Part shown: in pieces, positions 60,151 to 64,000 of the stretch
Layout: each line of letters begins with the position of its first letter
Position numbering within the stretch: the first letter of the stretch is position 1
Assembly (NCBI GenBank): GCA_965153285.1
Contig: OZ229115.1
Strand: one strand, 5' to 3'
DNA length: 64,000 bases
DNA from: Podarcis tiliguerta
Taxonomy: Eukaryota
The notes under the pieces: generated by a model
What the model saw: only the letters and a program-made list of their open reading frames with translations
What the model was told of the DNA's origin: nothing
Databases searched by the model: none
Position numbers and translations under genes: made by a program

Positions 60151-61602
60151 TCTGCATGTTCTGGGACAACTATTTGAATGTTAGAATTTTGCAGCTATCA
60201 TTGAGGAAGGTCTGTTAGGCATATTGCTAATGTTCAGTGGACCATAACATTAATTTTGGCAGCCAGAAGTCCATTTATGTATGCCCTAATGAACAGATAT
60301 AGATAAGTTCCTTAAAGGAAAGTCTCTGCACCCTGTGCCTTTGAATAGCCACCCTTGTTTAGACTATCCCTTGACAAATGAAAGATCATTCAAAGTGCAG
60401 AAATCTTCTGTAATGTGGGTAGGTTCTCAGTATTGACAGCAGCACCTGAAGCTTAGGAGTGGCTGTACATAATCCCGGAGGGAGCTGTCATGAACATTTC
60501 TTCGTATTTGGATTTGGAGACTGTACTTACAATATCTATTTCTTCTATTGAATTTCCTGTCAACTGCCAGTGTATTTATGACCATAATGGACATTGCAGC
60601 AGCTTGACTGAGACGGAACAGTATGTATGTACATCCATATCTCAGCATTTTATTTTATATCTGGCAAGACCTGATGTCAGAATATGTGAAATATTTGAAT
60701 TGCATCTTTATTAGTTACAAAAGAGCCATCTGACACCACCATAAAATATTCCTTTCTTGCTGGTCGATTTTAGTACTAAATTTGGATGGTGCTTTAGCCA
60801 TATTTTGGTATATTGAATGAGAACTATTCTCCTGAGCCAGATGGCACCTGCCTTTGAAATACTACTTTGGGCAAAATCATTAGATCAGTCTTTCAGTGTG
60901 TATGTGCCAAGTCTTTAATATTAATTTCTCAAAAATCATTGAGGTGAGTTCTGGGCCTAATCCAGATGCTACTGTCTTCTGTAGTGCACATATTCCTCTG
61001 CATACACCAAGAGGTTGGATCAGAACCCTTCTTTGCTGAGGCAAAATATTTAACAAGCCCTAGTAGCATTTTTGCTTTTAAAAATCCCTCCCCAGGTAGC
61101 ATTGTATGCTATTAAACGCAAAAGTTCTTAAACAGTTATAATACCTCATCTTAGCAGTATAAATATTTTAGAAGTCACATAATGCCTTGTCTATTTTTGT
61201 CCCTTTCTTCTGCTTTAATAGGCTGTGCAGAACTGAAACTGTCACTAAGTTGGTATTTTCTTTATGCAGCAAGGTCGTTGGACCATTAACAAAGGCTTTA
61301 TTAGGGCTGCTCTGCGTTTGACATAGAGCAGAAGTCTTCTTGCTGGTTTCATCACTGAAGAGGCATTTAACAGAACTTCTGGAATTGCAGCCACATAACT
61401 AACTCGATCAATATTTAATATCAAGATACCCAGTCTAATTTTTCTTATCTGAGTTTGGTAGTAACTATTGATCAGTAACTCCCCCCGCCCCCGGAAACCT
61501 GCTAATCTATACCAGTTCCCTTATTATACCCATTACAGGTGTTAAAACTGTTGAGAGAACTGTTTAAAAGAAACAATAACTATTCAGAGGGTTAACGTAG
61601 AC

Positions 61603-61738
61603 CAGGCATCCGCAACCTGCGGCCCTCCAGATGTTTTGGCCTACAGCTCCCATGATCCCTAGCTAACAGGACCAGTGGTCAGGGATGATGGGAATTGTAG
61701 TCCAAAACAACTGGAGGGCTGAAGGTTGGGGATGCCTG
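61603..61738. mobile_element. hAT-like MITE
   Basis: TIRs CAGGCATCCGCAACCT / AGGTTGGGGATGCCTG, 8-bp TSD ACGTAGAC/ACCTAGAC. Confidence 0.9.
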
Positions 61739-62416
61739 ACCTAGACACTTCTTCCAGCATGAGTACATACTGTTAGGATGGTTGTGTTGCTAGTGGTTGT
61801 AATCCTGCTAAGTTATGTTGTTGTCTAGTAGTCTCTGTAGGGTAGACATTCTTGTTTTTGAATATTATTCATTGTCTAAGCATAATTTAAACAGGACAAA
61901 GCTTGGCAGCATTTAACCTTATTCATTAACTCAGAGAAAAACAGATTAAAGAAAAAGGAAGCAAGAATAGGCACAAAGGCCTATGACATTTTCTGGAATC
62001 TACTACAAATATAATGCAAATCCAAGTTTTGCAAACTGTCTGCCAGCATTGGAAATGCATGATTCCTCTTCCTCTCTTCTCCATAACAAATGCTCTCTTT
62101 CATAAATTGGAAGGGTCATGACTAATTCTGGCCAAGTCTTCCCGCCTTAGTGAAGTAGGAGAGCAGCCAGTGAGGAGTTTGCATATTGTTACTGTCCTTG
62201 CTGAAGATACTAGTCCCTATACATGTCTGAATCTTGACTATTTTTGTCAGTGAATAAGACTTTCTGGAGCATGACTGTGGATAGGGGAAATTTTTCCTTC
62301 TGTGACCTGTTTGTATTTTGTCCGGTGATGTGGGGTAGGACATCCTCCAGAGCTTTATTTTTCTGCAGAATTCCCCCCCCCCCCCATTTTGTAAGTTCAC
62401 AATTGTAAATACAGTA

Positions 62417-62657
62417 CAGTCGTACCTCGGAAGTCAAATGCCTTGCAAGTCAAATGTTTTGGCTCCTGAATGCCACAAACTTGGAAGTGAGTGTTCTAGT
62501 TTGTGAATGCTCCTTGGAACCCGAACGTCCTCCACAGCTTCCAATTGGCTTCAGGAGCTTCCTGCAGGCAATCAGAAGCTGTGCCTTGGTTTCTGAATGT
62601 TTTGGAAGTCGAATGGGCTTCCGGAACGGATTCCGTTCAACTTCCGAGGTATGACTG
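62417..62657. mobile_element. Tigger-like MITE (family D)
   Basis: TIRs CAGTCGTACCTCGGAAGT / ACTTCCGAGGTATGACTG, TA flanks. Confidence 0.88.
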
Positions 62658-63049
62658 TATTAGACAAGTGGGGAAGTTTCAAAGGTTTTAGCTTTGTTTA
62701 CTGACTGCAAGGCACGCTACTCTAGGACATCAGAAAAGTTTCAAGTATATATTGTTCTAATCTGAATATGAAAAAATTGAAAATGTAAAGCCCACACCAT
62801 CGATTTTGCCAAGGGGACATAGGAGCACCTAATGTGTAATTTGAGGAACTATATAGTCAAGGTAGTGGAGTGCCCTAATAAGGAACATGGAAGGGAGCAG
62901 CAGAAACAAGATCCGATCTTTCCCAGAAAATGAGCTTTTATTGAGAAAGTAAAATGAAAAGAAAATTGCATGGTAAGTTACTGAAGGATTGTCCCAGAAG
63001 GGAGAGGGGTTAAGAAAGAAAGAGAAATGAGCAAGTTACAGTCCTGCAG

Positions 63050-63620
63050 GAGGCTATAAGTGATGCTGTACAATTCAGGAGAAAGGATGGTTGAAGTCCG
63101 AAAGGTAGGGAGGGATGAAGCAAGTTATGCTTTCCTTCCATGTGACCTGCCCAAAAACTCATCAGTAGGAGTGAGAGTCCATGGCATCAGGGTGAATCCA
63201 AAAAGCAGAGAGGAAGAGCAGGTGTTCCTTAGCCATGACACAGCTTTACAGGACAGGATCCCTACATGGAGATGTGTGGAGATAGGTAGCTGAAGCCAGG
63301 ATCTCCAAAAATAAGTCAGGTTCAGTGTATCACAGCAAGATTGCTCTCCTGAAATCACACTGGCCATGGAATCTTGTAGAACCTCACTAATTTCAGGGGC
63401 CTAGGGCTAGTAGTAACCAGAAGGAAAATTTCCAGTTTCACCAAAAAAGGATATAATGGACTGTCCTTGATGAAAGGGTTGCTTGACTCTTCGACGGGAT
63501 GTTTCAGTACTAATTGGAATTCTGGGCTCACAGGAGTCAATTGACAAAGTGGTCTTGAATGAATTAGGAAGTCAGGGAGATTTGTTTGTCTTGCCTTCCA
63601 GTGTATAGAGGGCTGGGCCA
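63050..63620 (-). mobile_element. DIRS tyrosine-recombinase region relic
   Basis: ORF 63355..63621(-) FQLVLK...NPFIKDSPLYPFLVKLEIFLLVTTSPRP resembles DLNLVL..PPFEPL..LTLKTxFLLAITSARR. Confidence 0.55.
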
Positions 63621-64000
63621 CTTTCTCTTACATTTAATGTGTCAGCAGGAACTGCAAATGCATTTTGACCTAACCCAATAGACCATGCAAACTAACATTT
63701 CCAAACAAAATGAAGACTTCTGAGCCAAGGCACTTGGAGGTAAAATTATGCTTTGTGGAAAGAACCTCCTTGGTCAACAGCCTGCAGCAAATCTCATGGG
63801 AACCATTAAACCCGGTTGTTGAATAACCTCTTAGCATGCAGAAATTGCCTCTTGTCATAAAACCAAACCAGCTTTCTTTGAACACTTACTGATGGTGAAT
63901 TCTGGGTTCAGTTCCTCTTGTTGTCCATTTCTCTGATTTATTTTACATTTTTCAGTGGGTAAACTGTTAATCATAGAAGGAGTTTTGCCCTTCCTTCATT

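Noticed and set aside
1-64000. ORF track entries as host genes
   Set aside because: All are short (under 150 aa), many start at non-ATG codons, and none resembles a cellular protein I recognise. The interpretable ones are LINE, Penelope or DIRS remnants, or microsatellite artefacts.

Overview
AT-rich, CpG-poor vertebrate DNA with no recognisable host protein-coding exon, RNA gene or CpG island. It is most likely a large intron or gene desert of a squamate. The Sauria/Squam-type SINEs suggest a lacertid lizard; this is inference from recalled repeat consensuses, not a database hit. The ORF track is almost all chance ORFs, apart from decayed transposon reading frames. Well-supported content: five copies of one TA-targeting Tc1/mariner(pogo/Tigger)-like MITE plus four related MITE types; hAT-like MITEs with 8-bp TSDs; three Sauria SINEs with TSDs; tRNA-derived SINEs; L2, CR1, RTE-X and L1/Tx1-like LINE fragments; fold-back MITEs; microsatellites; and a near-perfect 119-bp tandem duplication. 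Manual translation across frameshifts suggests a hidden older layer: 3-4 Penelope (Neptune-like, GIY-YIG) relics and 3 DIRS tyrosine-recombinase relics. Several TE-free, motif-dense blocks look like conserved enhancers. I cannot demonstrate a new biological system here. The best leads are a perfect 29-bp hairpin inside a decayed MITE, a MITE carrying RFX/ETS/NRF1 motifs, an inverted MITE pair, and the Penelope/DIRS relics. Boundaries of old elements are approximate.
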